The position numbers and the translations under genes were made by a program. The notes beneath the pieces are model-generated. The model was not told where the DNA came from, did no database searches, and saw only the letters and a program-made list of their open reading frames with translations. 64,000 nt of DNA, taken from contig NC_043011.1 of the NCBI RefSeq assembly GCF_006345805.1, positions 44,776,464 to 44,840,463 of the forward strand, written 5' to 3'. The DNA comes from Octopus sinensis. Its lineage: Eukaryota. The number at the start of each line of letters is the position of its first letter. Positions within the stretch are counted from its first letter, which is position 1. Below, one piece after another: positions 35,245-48,400 of this stretch.

Positions 35245-35760
35245 AATTGACGGCAGAGAATCAGGTATTAGAAATGAAAATCAAGAGAGGAATCTTCAAG
35301 AGGGGCAGTGTATCCCCACTGATCTTTGTGCTGAGAATGCTCCCCTTGAGTGAAATACTACAGAAGACAAAGTTGGGGTATAATCTGGGAAGAGATATGG
35401 GAAAACTGAACCACTTGCTATTCATGGACGACTTGCTATTCATGCTCTGGGATTTCTCAATCCAAACATATCAGGTTTTAGAGCATAACAGACCGAACAA
35501 AGTGGTGGACAAAGTGCATCACATGTGCTATATAGTTGATTTTGTATGACCCACGAATAGTCAAGAAAGAAGGGGAAAATAGACACATACAATCCTCTTA
35601 AGTACGAAATAGCCCGACTATGAAAAATGAAGAAGGTGAATGTAGTGCCAATTATCATTCGTTCTTTGGGGACAGCATCAGAAGGCATCAAGAGGAATAT
35701 AAAGGAAATCGGAATAGAGTGCCCAGTAAAACTGTTAGAAAAAGTTTGCCTCCTTGGCAC
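35245..35760 (+). pseudogene. R4/Dong-type non-LTR retrotransposon remnant (RT motif joined to a restriction-like endonuclease region)
   Basis: IKRGIFKRGSVSPLIFVL.MLPLS...KLNHLLFMDDL then LWDFSIQT..VLEHNRP...CYIVDF and MKKVNVVPIIIRSLGT...CPVKLLEKVCLLGTA. Confidence 0.8.
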
Positions 35761-35764
35761 GGCC

Positions 35765-36288
35765 CAGTGGTTCCCAGCCTGTGGTCCGCAGACCTCTGGT
35801 GGTCCACAAAGGGGGTCCATCAGTATGTTGACAGAATTTTCAATATCCTGAGGTCTGTAAGGCGGCGAGCTGACAGAAACGTTAGCACGCCGGGCGAAAT
35901 GCTTAGCGGTATTTCGTCTGCCGCTACGTTCTGAGTTCAAATTCCGCCGAGGTCGACTTTGCCTTTTATCCTTTCGGGGTCGATTAAATAAGTACCAGTT
36001 ACGCACTGGGGTCGATATAATCGACTTAATCCGTTTGTCTGTCCTCTCTGTGTTTATCCCCTTGTGGGTAGTAAAGAAAGGTATTTCGTCTGTCTTTACG
36101 TTCTGAGTTCAAATTCCGCCGAGGACGACTTTGCCTTTCATCCTTCCGGGGTCGATAAATTAAGTACCAGTTGTGTACTAGGCTTGATCTAATCGACTGG
36201 CCGCCCTCCTCCAAAATTTCGGGCCTTGTGTCTAGAGTAGAAAAGAATATCCTGGGGTCTGTGGTAGTGAAAAGGTTTGGAACCACTA
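35765..36288. mobile_element. hAT-type MITE interrupted by a SINE dimer
   Basis: Ends CAGTGGTTCCCAGCC ... GGTTTGGAACCACTA. Confidence 0.6.
35859..36245 (+). mobile_element. SINE family B dimer bounded by one TSD
   Basis: 17-bp TSD AATATCCTG(A/G)GGTCTGT (35842-35858, 36246-36262); internal junction AAAGAAAG|GTATTTCGTC at 36080/36081. Confidence 0.9.
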
Positions 36289-36936
36289 TATTAGATTGTT
36301 GAAAAGAGCAGCTAACTTGATACCGTAGGCTGCAGGCAGCAAGCCCACTACGCATGCAAGACTCGAGAAGTTACAACAAAACCTGAGATAAGAAGAATAA
36401 ATAGTAACCGAAACTATACTAATTTCCTTATAACCACATAAGCAACCGATGAGAGGGTATTGTACGAGTTACTGTGAATGTGTAGAACGGAGATTACATA
36501 GGTTATATTATGAGAAGAAGTAAAAACCACAGTAGTTTAGAAGGAAACGGAAATAAAACCTCTTTATAAGGGTGAACGGCTTTCTGAGTAGTTAAGGAAA
36601 CCTCAGCTCCTGGATCATTCTGAGTATCGAGAGTGCCTTCTAGCAGTGTTCTCACAACTGTATCCTGGATTAGGTCCATCTACAGGAGCCAGTCTTGCTG
36701 ATCTCACCAACCGTTCAAAATGTTTACTGGACCGCAGCACATTCCCCACCGTGGACCACAACAACATTTACTACTACTACTACTACTCTACTACTACTAC
36801 TACTTGTAAGGATATCATAAATCTTACCTTTAATTGTGTCCTGGAGTTTGTTGGTTCAATCCTGACAATTGGTTTCGTTTGGAAATTGTTGTGGCGGCAG
36901 TGGTTCAGGTGTTATAGTTCTGGAGAGCAATGGCAA

Positions 36937-36995
<59 letters not shown>

Positions 36996-37214
36996 GTGCG
37001 AGAGAGGGTGACAGAGAGAGAGTGAGATGATCTTTTTGCCTGGAGTGGCGTGAAAGATGAAGCTTCTACTACCAGAGGTAACAGTGTCGGTAGTGGTGGG
37101 CCTGGTAATATTGTTCTGGATTGGTAACGGCAGTGTGCGTATGTGTCTGTATGCACGCGCGTGTGAATGTGTGTGTGTGTTTGTGCGCGCGCGTGTGTGT
37201 GTGTGTGTTTGTGC

Positions 37215-37263
<49 letters not shown>

Positions 37264-37559
37264 TGTGTATTGTTGTTCGGGATCACTTTGGTTAACACTC
37301 TTCAAGTAGTGACAGCAATATTGGTAGTGGTGGGCCTAGCATATAGTTCTGGATTGGCAACGTCAGCGATGTGTGTGTGTGTGTGCGCGCGCGCGCGCGC
37401 GTTTTGTCGTCGTTTGGGGTCAGATAGGTGAAGGCTCTTCAACCACGTCGTTTAGTGTTCTAAAGATCTTTTTAACATTTCGATAAGTTGGTCACCATAG
37501 CAACAGTAATAAGTCTCAAAAGAAACTCGAAACCAAATCTGAGGTCTCGGAAGTAGAGG

Positions 37560-38410
37560 AGTGTGGTGGGTGGGTGGTGGAGGTTGCTTCTCTGTTGACT
37601 TAGGCGTTGGTGGCGGGGTTGGTGTTGGTGTTGTTGTTGTTGTTGGTGGTGGTGGTCGTCGTCGTAGTAGTGGTAGTGGTGATGGTGGTGGTGCTGACGG
37701 TGGAGGTGTTGTGTTGTTGTTGGTAGTGTTGTGTTAGCGGTGATGGTGGTGGTGGTGGCGGCGGTGGTGATGGTGGTAATGGTAGTGGTGCAGTGGTGGC
37801 GGCGGTGACGGCGACGGTGGTGGTGGTAGTAATGGTAGTGGCGGCAGTGGTGATGGTGGTGGTAGTAGTGGCGGTGGCGGTGGTGGTGGTAGTAATGGTA
37901 GTGGCGGCAGTGGTGATGGTGGTGGTGGTGGTGGTGGTGGTAGTGGCGGTGGCGGCGGCGGCGGTGGTGGTGACGGCTATGGTGGAGCTAAAAGTATTGT
38001 TGGGGATAGTGATGTATTTTTACGATGGTGGTGGAGTTGGTTGTTGTTGTTGGTGGTGATTGCGGTGTCAGTGGTGGTGGATTTTCGTAATGTTGTTTGT
38101 TGGTAGTGGTTGGTGGTGTTGGTGGTGCTGCTGTTAGTAATAGTGGCAATAATGTTTGGTGGCATTGACGATATGAGGGGTAATGGTATCAGTGGTAGTG
38201 GAGGTATTGGCGGTGGTGGCGTCGAAGTTGTCAATACAATTGTAATAAAAGACAAACTAAGCATTACAAAAGATTTCCTTGTGGGACCCTCTCCTCCCCA
38301 ACTCACCACCTCCATCACCACCACCATCACCACCACCATCACCACCACCATCACTATCATCGCCACCACCGCCGCCACCACCACCACCACTACCACTGCC
38401 GCACCCCGGG
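37560..38410. repeat. (GGT)n tract followed by a short (ACC)n tract in the opposite orientation
   Basis: Directly visible. Confidence 0.9.
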
Positions 38411-38573
38411 TAGCCAAAAAACCCATCCCACTCACCACCCCGGTGTGATAAATTCCACCGGATCAACAGTCCTAGAAATGTTTCTCGGTTTTATTTCACT
38501 GTTTGTCTGTTTTTTGACTTGTAGTGACTTGTTGGAACTTTATAACTTTATATCCATACACTCGACCCTCACA

Positions 38574-38608
<35 letters not shown>

Positions 38609-38790
38609 ATATGAATGAGAAGTAGCTCAAGGATTATAAACAATATCGAACACACATACACAAGGCATGTGTTTTACCAGTTTGTGGGCAGGCTGCAATT
38701 ATGGAATTATGGGCATAAGAAATATATTCTCATGAATTACCCCGGTGTTAAAACACCTGGAAATCGTAGACAAGCGAAATAACTCACAAG

Positions 38791-38834
<44 letters not shown>

Positions 38835-39040
38835 GGGCTCCTAAATAAGGATGCCAAGTGTTGGGGACACAAAAAGGGGATAGATTTATCGAGAGTGAAA
38901 ATCAAAATCATTTACCGATAACTTTACATCTCGGACTGATATCAGTTCCTACCTCTTTCTAGCAAAACACAGAATATGTTTGCTAAGGCTAGTTTCATCA
39001 GCGAGACGCCTAAATTGAATCGAGATACGCATATTTTGCG

Positions 39041-39095
<55 letters not shown>

Positions 39096-39151
39096 AAGAG
39101 AGAGGGGACAAACAGACAGATAGATAGACATACATGCACTACACACACACA

Positions 39152-39192
<41 letters not shown>

Positions 39193-39959
39193 TCTTGACT
39201 CCCAGGGTTATCTCCTCTTTTGGAATTGGTCTCTATTGCCACTAAGCGATTGTTCTACCCTTCCTTGGAAGTGTCGATCACAATTTCAACAAATCAAATA
39301 TTTGTCTTGTATCATAATTAATATATCCTTATTTGTCTTTGTTTTTCAAATACATAACTGTGGAACATTGAATTATTTTTCTTAGCTTATTTTCGCCACA
39401 TTTATGCAAATTACTGCAGCCATGAGCTTTTTTTATATTTTTTCTGTATGTCTAAGTATATCTAGATATCCCGTCTGATGTGCTGATGACAGCTGATGAA
39501 GCAGAAACACAAACCCACGACTGCCTTCAGGTCTCCCTACAAATTAACTATCTTTCGAGTAGTCTTGTTTCTTGAAATTATGTTCCCTTTTATCATTTTG
39601 AGTTGACTGCAACTGCCACCAAGCGATTGTTTGACCCTCTCAGGTAGCAGAAGTAAGTTTTAAAAATTCAAACTCTCTCTAGTATGTCGTTTGATTTAGC
39701 CTTATTCGTCTTTGATTTATACACACATACACAGCATACATATCCATGTATATAAAATGAGAGGTTTTGGTATCCAGAAGACCCAAAAAACAGGCAAGGC
39801 TATGGAAGGACTGCTATTAGACTTACAGTTCGATAATAGTATAAGTGAGCATGTATATGTGAAATAAAATGTGAAATAAAAGGTAGTGTGAAATTTCTAA
39901 GACATTTATAAGGGACATTTATAAAGAGAAAGGCATACATACATACATATACATATCTA

Positions 39960-40737
39960 TACAGGGTTGACCAGAATTCATAACTCACTTGTTAGTTATA
40001 TTTATTAATATACTTTTCTAGGCACAAAGCCTGAAAATTTTGGGGGAGAAGGCCAGTTGATTAGATCAACCTCAGTACGCAACTGATACTTAATTTATCG
40101 ACCCTGAAAGGGATGAATGACCAAGTCGACCTTGGCAGAATTTGAACTCAGAATGTAAAGACAGACAAAATACCACTAAGCATTTTGCCCCGCATGCTAA
40201 CGTTTCTACTGGGTCACTGCCGTGTTATATTTATTAATATATTCGTGGCACTCCGTTGGTTATGACAACAAGGGTTCCATTTGATCTGATTAACGGAACA
40301 GCCTGCTCATGAAATTAACGTGCAAGTGGCTGAGCACTCCACAGACACGTACCCTTAATGTAGCTCTCGGGGAGATTCAGTGTGACAGAGTGTGACAAGG
40401 TTGGCTCTTTGAAATACAGGTACAACAGAAACAGAAAGAAAGAGTAAGAGTAAGTTGTGGTGAAAGAGTATAGCAGGGTTTGCCACCACTCCCTGCTGCC
40501 AGAACCTTGTGGAGCTTTTGGTGTTTTTGCTCAATAAACACTCACAACACCTGGTCTGGGAATCAAAATCACAATCCTACGACTGTGAGTCCATTGCCCT
40601 AACCACTGGGCCATTGCACCTCCACATTAATATGTACTAGTATACACATTAAGAAATAAAATAACAGAATAACAATAAAATAAGTATATTAAAAAATATA
40701 ACCAATTAATGAGTCATGAATTCTGGCCCACCCTGTA
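39960..40737. mobile_element. Tc1-type MITE containing nested SINE B (~40022-40222, minus) and SINE A (~40245-40625, minus)
   Basis: TA-flanked TIRs CAGGGTTGACCAGAATTCATAACTC / GAGTCATGAATTCTGGCCCACCCTG; the SINE B has a TSD GTTATATTTATTAATAT. Confidence 0.75.
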
Positions 40738-41289
40738 TATGTATAAATATGTATTTGTGTGCATGTGTGTGAAGGTGTGTGGCCTTGAGGTTAGGATATT
40801 GCACTCATGACATCTTGATCATGGGTTCGATTCCTGGACTGGTTGACACGTGTTCTTGGGCAAAACACTTCTATTCGCTCTGGTCCAGTCTTGCTTTCGA
40901 TCAGAGGAGAATGTTGGCCTGCTTAGCTAGCCAGTGAGGGTGGCGTCATTCGAAGGCAAAAATGATGCAAATCGCACTGTGACCAGCGATGCGTAACAGC
41001 ATTGGATAGTCTGGGTGGTCACGTGATGAGTGTGTGTGTGTTTGTGCGCACATGTATATATATATATAAATATACAGTTATATTTATTTCTATGCCTATA
41101 CAGGCGGTGCTCCAGCATGGTCACAATCAAATGACTGAAACAAATAAAAGAATACGTATACTGATGAGTGTTGCAAAGACTGAGACAACGGTCCTCTCAA
41201 GAGTCCTAAATGGGGGGGGGCCCCTCAAGGGTCTGGAGTAATGTTACTCGACATGTTGCGTAGCTCAGAGCTCAAGTAGTTTCTCGAGA

Positions 41290-41450
41290 TTGAGCCGCTG
41301 CTTTTCCATATTGAGATATCACAGCTCTGATAATACGAATATGTGATTAGAATATCGCAGGAAGGAATCACAAGACAGATACTTCAAGCCAAGCCATCCA
41401 ACAAGGGACCTAGGGGTAACGCAAGAATGAAGCGGTTGGATATTATCCGT
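41290..41450 (+). mobile_element. RTE-clade LINE remnant
   Basis: IEPLLFHIEISQL**YEYVIRISQE...PRGNARMKRLDII. Confidence 0.55.
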
Positions 41451-42949
41451 AGTCTCTCTGTCAGTTACACTTGGGTGTTCAGCCAGAGAGTCGAATGACA
41501 GTTGTTTCTGATGGGTATACTAAAAGAGGAGAGGTGCCTGAGGATTCTAACCTATGATCCGACCCCAGGGATAGTGGACAGAGAAGACAGCTGGATGGAA
41601 ATCTGTTTTGGGTTAATCTTCATAAGAATGGCTCCGATGTGTAGAGACAGGTTGGTCACGACTGGAATGCCTTTGATCATTGATCTAAGGCACTGGTCTG
41701 TGTTGACCAGGGATAAACAATATCCACAAAGGCCTCTACATATGCACACGCACACACACACACACACATACACAAACACACATGCACACACTTAAATACA
41801 CGCACACAAATGTATAGTCATGCTACAGACATGCAACCATCCACCCCGATCTATGTTCACCCTGATCAATGTCCACCTAGATCTATGTCCGACCGTCACT
41901 TCTCTAATCACCCATCTACTTACCTACCCCTACACCTTCCCCCCACCCATGGTCCCTCAATCGACACACAGTCTCTTCTTTGATGACGAGAAACAAGTGA
42001 GGTTTTGAAGTTTCGAAAAACAGTAGTGTTGGTGGTGGTGATGGTAGTGATGGTGGCAGAGGTGGTGATGAGATGGCAGTGGTGGTGGTGATGGTGACGG
42101 TGGTGATGGTGATGGTGGCGATGGAGATGGCAGTGGTGGAGGTGGTGATGTGGTGATAAAGATGGTAGTGGTGGCGGTAGTGTGTATGTGGTTTGGTAGT
42201 GGTGGCTGTGATTGTGGTGTTGCTGTTGGTGGTGTATGTGTGTATGTGTTGGTGGTGGTAGTTGTGGTTGTGGTGATAATGGTTGTGGCGGTTGTAGTGG
42301 TGGTGATGTTAATAGTTATGATATTGCCTCTCTTCACATTACTGTCATTGTCAGCGTTGTTGTTGTCCCTACAGTCTAACAGAACTCTTGGATTTCTATT
42401 TGTGTTGTTAACTATATTTAACTCTTGATGTGTTCCTGTCAGAATGCGTTCCTGTGTGTGTGTATGTATATGTGTACAAATGTGTATATGTATATGTGCA
42501 TGTGCGAGTGTGCATGCATGTATTTGTATGTGAGCATGTGTGTGTTATACACACATCACAATTACACTAGACCAGTAAAACTTACTCTCCTTACAACAGG
42601 AAAAAAAAACCGATAAAAATAGGCTATTGACTATGTCCCTTCCTCCCTGGATTCAGTAATTCATGAGATGAAACACATATGAAATTAGATAATCGTGTGT
42701 GTGTGTGTGTGTGTGTGTCTATACATCCATCCATCTATCTATCTGTTGGATGAGCTACCATCCAATACACAGAACTTCCATGATAGATCGCTAGCCACTA
42801 TACATTCTTTATTTTCTCTCCTTGTTTCTTTCTGTGGAAGAGCGTAGGCTCAAAACATTAAAGACTTTTTCACTTCCTGAGTGTTATACTAATACTTCTG
42901 TTTGTTGTCAACACCTCCTGTCTTTGTCTTTTGTTTTTTTTGTGAATTC

Positions 42950-43102
42950 TCCCTATATATATAATAATATAAATAATATATAAATATATGCATATGGGTA
43001 CAATGGATATATTAAGTGTATAATATATATACATGTACATATATATTATATATAATATATCTATATATATATATAATATAGCTATATGCATGTATATATA
43101 TA

Positions 43103-43137
<35 letters not shown>

Positions 43138-43290
43138 CTATATCATGTATATATATATATATATATATATAGCTATATGCATGTATATATATATCTGTAT
43201 ATATATATATATATATATAGATGCTATATACATTATATATAATATGTGGGTATATATATTATATATATATATGTATATACATTATATATA

Positions 43291-43337
<47 letters not shown>

Positions 43338-43441
43338 CCATATATATATCCATAATATATATAAGTATATATATATATATATAATCCATATGTATATCTA
43401 TATATATATATATATAATATATATATATATCCATATATATC

Positions 43442-43497
<56 letters not shown>

Positions 43498-43568
43498 TAT
43501 ATATAAATATAATATATATATATATATATATATATCTATATATATATATATATAATATATATCTATAG

Positions 43569-43619
<51 letters not shown>

Positions 43620-43760
43620 CACCTATATATATATTATCCCCTATATATATATATATATATATACATCCTTCTCTCTCTCTATATATATATCTATATACCC
43701 TTATATATATCTAATAGATCATACATATATATATCCATATATATGTATATATACACATAC
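42950..43760. repeat. ~800-bp interrupted (TA)n tract
   Basis: Directly visible. Confidence 0.95.
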
Positions 43761-44131
43761 ATGTATATATACATATATACGTGTATATACACACACACAT
43801 ACAAGAAGAAAACCCGGTGAACATGTAAAATGCTTAATAAATATTTGGAAATAGATAATGAATGTAACGGATTATAAAGGTCTACCATTAACGTCACAGA
43901 TATCAACCACCACCACCACCACCACCTTCACAGACATGACCATCACGGTCACCACGACTACCACCACACCTACCACAACCAACATTAATACCCACGTCAG
44001 CAAACCAAACTTATGCTAAAGCTATCAAAGTAGTTACAATGTACTGCATTTATACACACACACGTACGTATATATATATATATTATATATATATATATAT
44101 ATATACACACACATTCACACACACACACACT

Positions 44132-44168
<37 letters not shown>

Positions 44169-44547
44169 CAACTTGTTGTTGCAAAAGTGTTCTGTATGTA
44201 AAGTGCAGCATTGGTGAAGAAAGAGTGTTGCAACTAGGAGATACAAGGAACCTTATGTTCCCCCTCTCATCGTTTCTAGCTCTTCTTGACGTTTTATGTT
44301 TATTGCCTTACATAACGTGATAAACACCTCGACGACTTTCTGTGAAGCTATTCCGTGTGCATGTGATACACACACATACACACACACACGTGTGTGTGGC
44401 TATCTGGTTAATAAGTTTGTATTCTAACCACATGGTTCCCGTTTCAGTCCCACTGCATGGCACCTTGGGCGAGTACGTTCCATTCTAGCCCTGTGCTGAC
44501 CAAAACCTTTTAAGTGGATTTGGTAGATGGAACCTGATAAAAACTCG

Positions 44548-44580
<33 letters not shown>

Positions 44581-44581
<1 letters not shown>

Positions 44582-44913
44582 TCTTTTACTTGTTTCAGTC
44601 ATTTGACTGCGGCCATGCTGGAGCACCGCCTTTAGTCGAGCAAATTGACCCTGGGACTTATTCTTTGTAAGCCCAGTACTTATTTTATATCAGTCTCTTT
44701 TGCCAAACTGGGACAAACACACCACACATATATATATACATATATACGACAGGCTTCTTTCAGTTTCCGTCTACCAAATCCACTCACAAGGCATTGGTTG
44801 GCCCGGGGCTATAGCAGAAGACATTTGCCCAAGATGCCACGCAGTGGGACTGAACCCGGAACCATGTGGTTGGTTAGCAAGCTACTTACCACACAGCCAC
44901 TCCAGCACCTATA

Positions 44914-44987
<74 letters not shown>

Positions 44988-45348
44988 TATATATATATAT
45001 ATATATAATATATATATACTCTTTTACTTGTTTCAGTCATTTGACTGCGGCCATGCTGGAGCACCGCCTTTAGTCGAGCAAATTGACCCTGGGACTTATT
45101 CTTTGTAAGCCCAGTACTTATTTTATCAGTCTCTTTTGCCAAACTGGGACAAACACACACACATATATATATACATATATACGACAGGCTTCTTTCAGTT
45201 TCCGTCTACCAAATCCACTCACAAGGCATTGGTTGGCCCGGGGCTATAGCAGAAGACATTTGCCCAAGATGCCACGCAGTGGGACTGAACCCGGAACCAT
45301 GTGGTTGGTTAGCAAGCTACTTACCACACAGCCACTCCAGCACCTATA

Positions 45349-45355
<7 letters not shown>
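44581..45355 (-). mobile_element. Tandemly duplicated SINE family C (two near-identical copies, period ~438 bp)
   Basis: Copies 44581-44915 and 45019-45350 share private variants (GGCATTGGTTGGCCCGGGGCTATAGCAG, CAAGATGCC). Confidence 0.9.
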
Positions 45356-45386
<31 letters not shown>

Positions 45387-45391
<5 letters not shown>

Positions 45392-45749
45392 GGTGATTCA
45401 AAAGTCTCCATACATAGGAAAAATTTCTTTTTTTATAAGAGACAGTTTATAAGATCCCCTAGATCCTCTGATCTGAACTCCTATTGACTTCTATAATTGG
45501 GGGCATTTGAAAGGCATGGTGTATCATGGAAAGATAAAAGACATAAATCATTTGAAGGAACGTATCACCAACTCCTTTGCACATGTATCACCAGATGTGC
45601 TATTACAAGTTCAAAATGAGTGGGGTAAACGTATTGCAATGTGTATTCAAAACAATGGTAACCATATAGAGCCTGTTAAATAAAAAAAAAATACTGTTCT
45701 TATAAAAATATAAATTGTTCCTATGTATGGTGACTTTTGATTCACCCTA
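45387..45749 (+). mobile_element. Tc1/mariner-superfamily deleted element
   Basis: TIRs CAGGGTGATTCAAAAGTCTCCATACATAGGAA / TTCCTATGTATGGTGACTTTTGATTCACCCT; transposase C-terminus PRSSDLN..DFYNWGHLKGMVY...KRIAMCIQNNGNHIE. Confidence 0.85.
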
Positions 45750-45991
45750 GGGGACAAACAAGGACAGACAAAGGGATTAAGTCGATTACATTGATCCCAG
45801 TGCGTAACTGGTACTTATTTAATCAACACCGAAAGGATGAAATTCCGCCGAGGTCGACTTTGCCTTTCATCCTTTCAGGGTTGATTAAATAAGTACCAGA
45901 TACGCACTGGGATCGATGGAATTGACTTAATCCCTTTGTCTGTCCTTGTTTGTCTCCTCTATGTTTAGCCCCTTGTAGGCAATAAAGAAAT
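45750..45991. mobile_element. SINE family B with an inverted duplication of its 3' part
   Basis: 45750-45840 is the reverse complement of 45867-45957. Confidence 0.8.
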
Positions 45992-46080
45992 ATATCATCA
46001 TCATCGTTTAACGTCCGTTTTCCATGCTAGCATGGGTTGGACAAATATATATATATATATATTATATATATATATATATG

Positions 46081-46148
<68 letters not shown>

Positions 46149-46369
46149 TATAATATATATATATATAAGATTATAAATATATATATGTTTATATATATAA
46201 CAAATTCAGTCTGACACATGCAAGCAAGGAAAAGTGAACACTAAAACGATGATGGTGATGAAGATGATAATTTGGTCCAGGTTCAGAATCTAACAGTCTT
46301 GGTATGACCAGCTGTCTGTGTTAGTGAATAGAAAGATTCCCCTAAGTCCTGGGGAGGGTGCTTAGTTGT

Positions 46370-46690
46370 ATGAGCAAGTCAGGTGTGGGGGCAAGTACTG
46401 CTGCAGTGCATTGCTGCATTCACCATTTGTCAGTATATTCTTGGGTCCTTCTGAGTGTCCTGTCGAGCGCAGTCCTAGTCAGTCCCCATCTCCATGAGAT
46501 ACCTCCTCATCTGCCGTGACCATGTGGCATGTGGTCGATCAACATGTGATCCTCAATGAAGAGAACACAGTAAACAGAGTTTAACTGAGACAAGTGGTCA
46601 ACATGGCCAAATGATCTGAACACATGCAGCCTAATTCATACAAGTAAAAGGACACATGTCAGTTTCTGAGTGGAGTCATTGGTTGGATAT
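46370..46690 (-). mobile_element. RTE-clade LINE remnant
   Basis: Minus frame contains FGHVDHLSQLNSVYCVLFIED...GHGR*GGISWRWGLTR, resembling the RTE C-terminal region. Confidence 0.45.
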
Positions 46691-47036
46691 GAAATTTGAC
46701 AAATGGTAACCCATAATACTGCAAAGTGTTTTGATACCAAAGTAGTTGAAGTAGCTCATAAGGGTCTGAACAGTGTCCAAGTCTAAAGTTAGCTGTATGG
46801 TTGTGATTTTATATGATTCCTAAAGCTTTTGAGATTTTAGATTTTCTTAATGATTTTGGGGTATCTGGTGACAGGAAGGGGTCAAGGAGCATATTTTACA
46901 GTTTGTCTTCCTGACAGAAGACAGAATACAAAGAGAGATGAAGACAAAAAATAAGAAAAGAAAGAACAGCATGTTAAAATACAACAATATTAGTAGAAGG
47001 AAATAACAAGACGCGAAGAAATAAGAGAAGCTGTTG

Positions 47037-48308
47037 TTATGATTTATCATCTAAAAATTCTTCATCAGAAGAAGAAGTCTCATGATATTTCATTTCAAAC
47101 TTTTTCTTAGGTAAAATTAAGTCAGCAATTTTATCACTCTCGTGCAAATCAAAATTTTCTAAAATTCTCCACCGATGCTTCAATCTGTTTTCACTGAAAA
47201 ATAGAAGGTGATAATTTCGGAATATTGTTTGGGTAGAGAAACCAAATTCATCCAAGAGAATATCTAGGACTCTCTTCAAACGTCTTGGAGAAGTTATCCT
47301 GATTATAGGAGCTTTGATGAATAATAGTTCAAGCTCCAGTCTACTGAAGTTCAGGCGCTCTTGTAAATAGTGGTACTTGTCTTCATGTGTGCCAAGTGCC
47401 TCTCGATTTTCTGAATAATTCCTGTGACTTACGTAAAATAACTTTCGGGGTTTATATAGCATTTCAATTTTTTTGTCTTTGTCATAGTATGGTTGTATCA
47501 ATACTTTCAGGCGCTGTTTACAATCGAGAGGTTTTAAGCGAAGTATACCGATATTATCAACAATGTCTTTCTTTGTTATTCCATTTCTGACATACAGATT
47601 AACTACAACCTTCAGGACTGACAATTTCCTTTTTCTCAAGATGGTACAACCAGATGCAATAGCTTCCTGCAGCTGATTTTCACTGCACTCCAGCAATTCG
47701 GACAAATAGCTCAATCTTGTTGGATGCTGGCCCATTAATATGGCTTCCCTCAGAAGCATGCCACGTATTTTCTCATACTTTTCTTGACCCATAAACACGC
47801 ACTCCATTGAGTAATGGTACTTACGGAACAACTGCATGTCATCTAGTCGACGCTGTAAAGCTCCCAAATTCCTGGAAAATATGCCGGAATATTTGATAAT
47901 GCTGTCTGCTGAAAATCCTGCCTGTCGGAGCTTAGAAATTGTGCTCTGCACCTTCTGAAAGCTTATCACTGTGACTAATCTGGAATCTGCACGGACCAAT
48001 TTCTCAGCTTGTTCGTTGCTACAAGACATCAGGGTAGCAATTTTATCAATCTTCTCTGGGTTGTTTTCAATGACAATATCAATGGCATCTGTATATTCCT
48101 TACGAATTCTTTTGTTTCGAGGAAAGAAATAACCAACAATGGTAGGTGATTTTGCGACGTATCTTTGATGACTGTTTCTCAAGTCAACACTGTTTGGTGC
48201 CATTACACTTCTGGTAGGTGTCTTCCATGTATGCAAGGTGGAGTAAATATGTTTAAAACTTTGAAGGAAGTAACACGGTGAACTTTTAAAGAGTAATGAC
48301 GAAAACAT
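47037..48308 (-). CDS. mTERF-family mitochondrial protein, most similar in layout to mTERF5
   Basis: 423-aa uninterrupted ORF. The N-terminus is Ser/Lys/Phe-rich with no acidic residues (presequence-like). It has three helical modules ending in patterns such as YLSELLECS..QL and YLQERLNFS..EL..L..KAP.IRITS..RLK.VLD.LL.EFGFS...I.RN..LL.FS..RL..RW. The family call is from recall, not a search. Confidence 0.8.
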   Translation of the reverse strand: MFSSLLFKSSPCYFLQSFKHIYSTLHTWKTPTRSVMAPNSVDLRNSHQRYVAKSPTIVGYFFPRNKRIRKEYTDAIDIVIENNPEKIDKIATLMSCSNEQAEKLVRADSRLVTVISFQKVQSTISKLRQAGFSADSIIKYSGIFSRNLGALQRRLDDMQLFRKYHYSMECVFMGQEKYEKIRGMLLREAILMGQHPTRLSYLSELLECSENQLQEAIASGCTILRKRKLSVLKVVVNLYVRNGITKKDIVDNIGILRLKPLDCKQRLKVLIQPYYDKDKKIEMLYKPRKLFYVSHRNYSENREALGTHEDKYHYLQERLNFSRLELELLFIKAPIIRITSPRRLKRVLDILLDEFGFSTQTIFRNYHLLFFSENRLKHRWRILENFDLHESDKIADLILPKKKFEMKYHETSSSDEEFLDDKS

Positions 48309-48349
48309 GTTGTTGCGTGCTGAGGGTGGGGAATGACTGACCGCAAACT

Positions 48350-48400
48350 CTGTTGGAAGAAGAGAAAAAGAAAAAGAGAATGAGAGAGAGAAAGAATAGT
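48350..48400 (-). promoter_or_regulatory. Splice acceptor with polypyrimidine tract 41 nt upstream of the mTERF-like ATG
   Basis: Minus strand TCTCTTTTTCTTTTTCTCTTCTTCCAACAG|AGTTTG. Confidence 0.7.

Noticed and set aside
37385-37401. (CG)n run inside (GT)n, Z-DNA-prone
   Set aside because: It is short and explainable as microsatellite drift; no independent sign of function.
38960-39010. Minus-strand CTGATGA-A-ACTAGCCTTAGC-AAAC as a hammerhead
   Set aside because: G12 is missing and stem I does not pair; at best a decayed relic.
39481-39510. CTGATGA repeats followed by GAAAC
   Set aside because: No pairable stem II or NUH with stem I.
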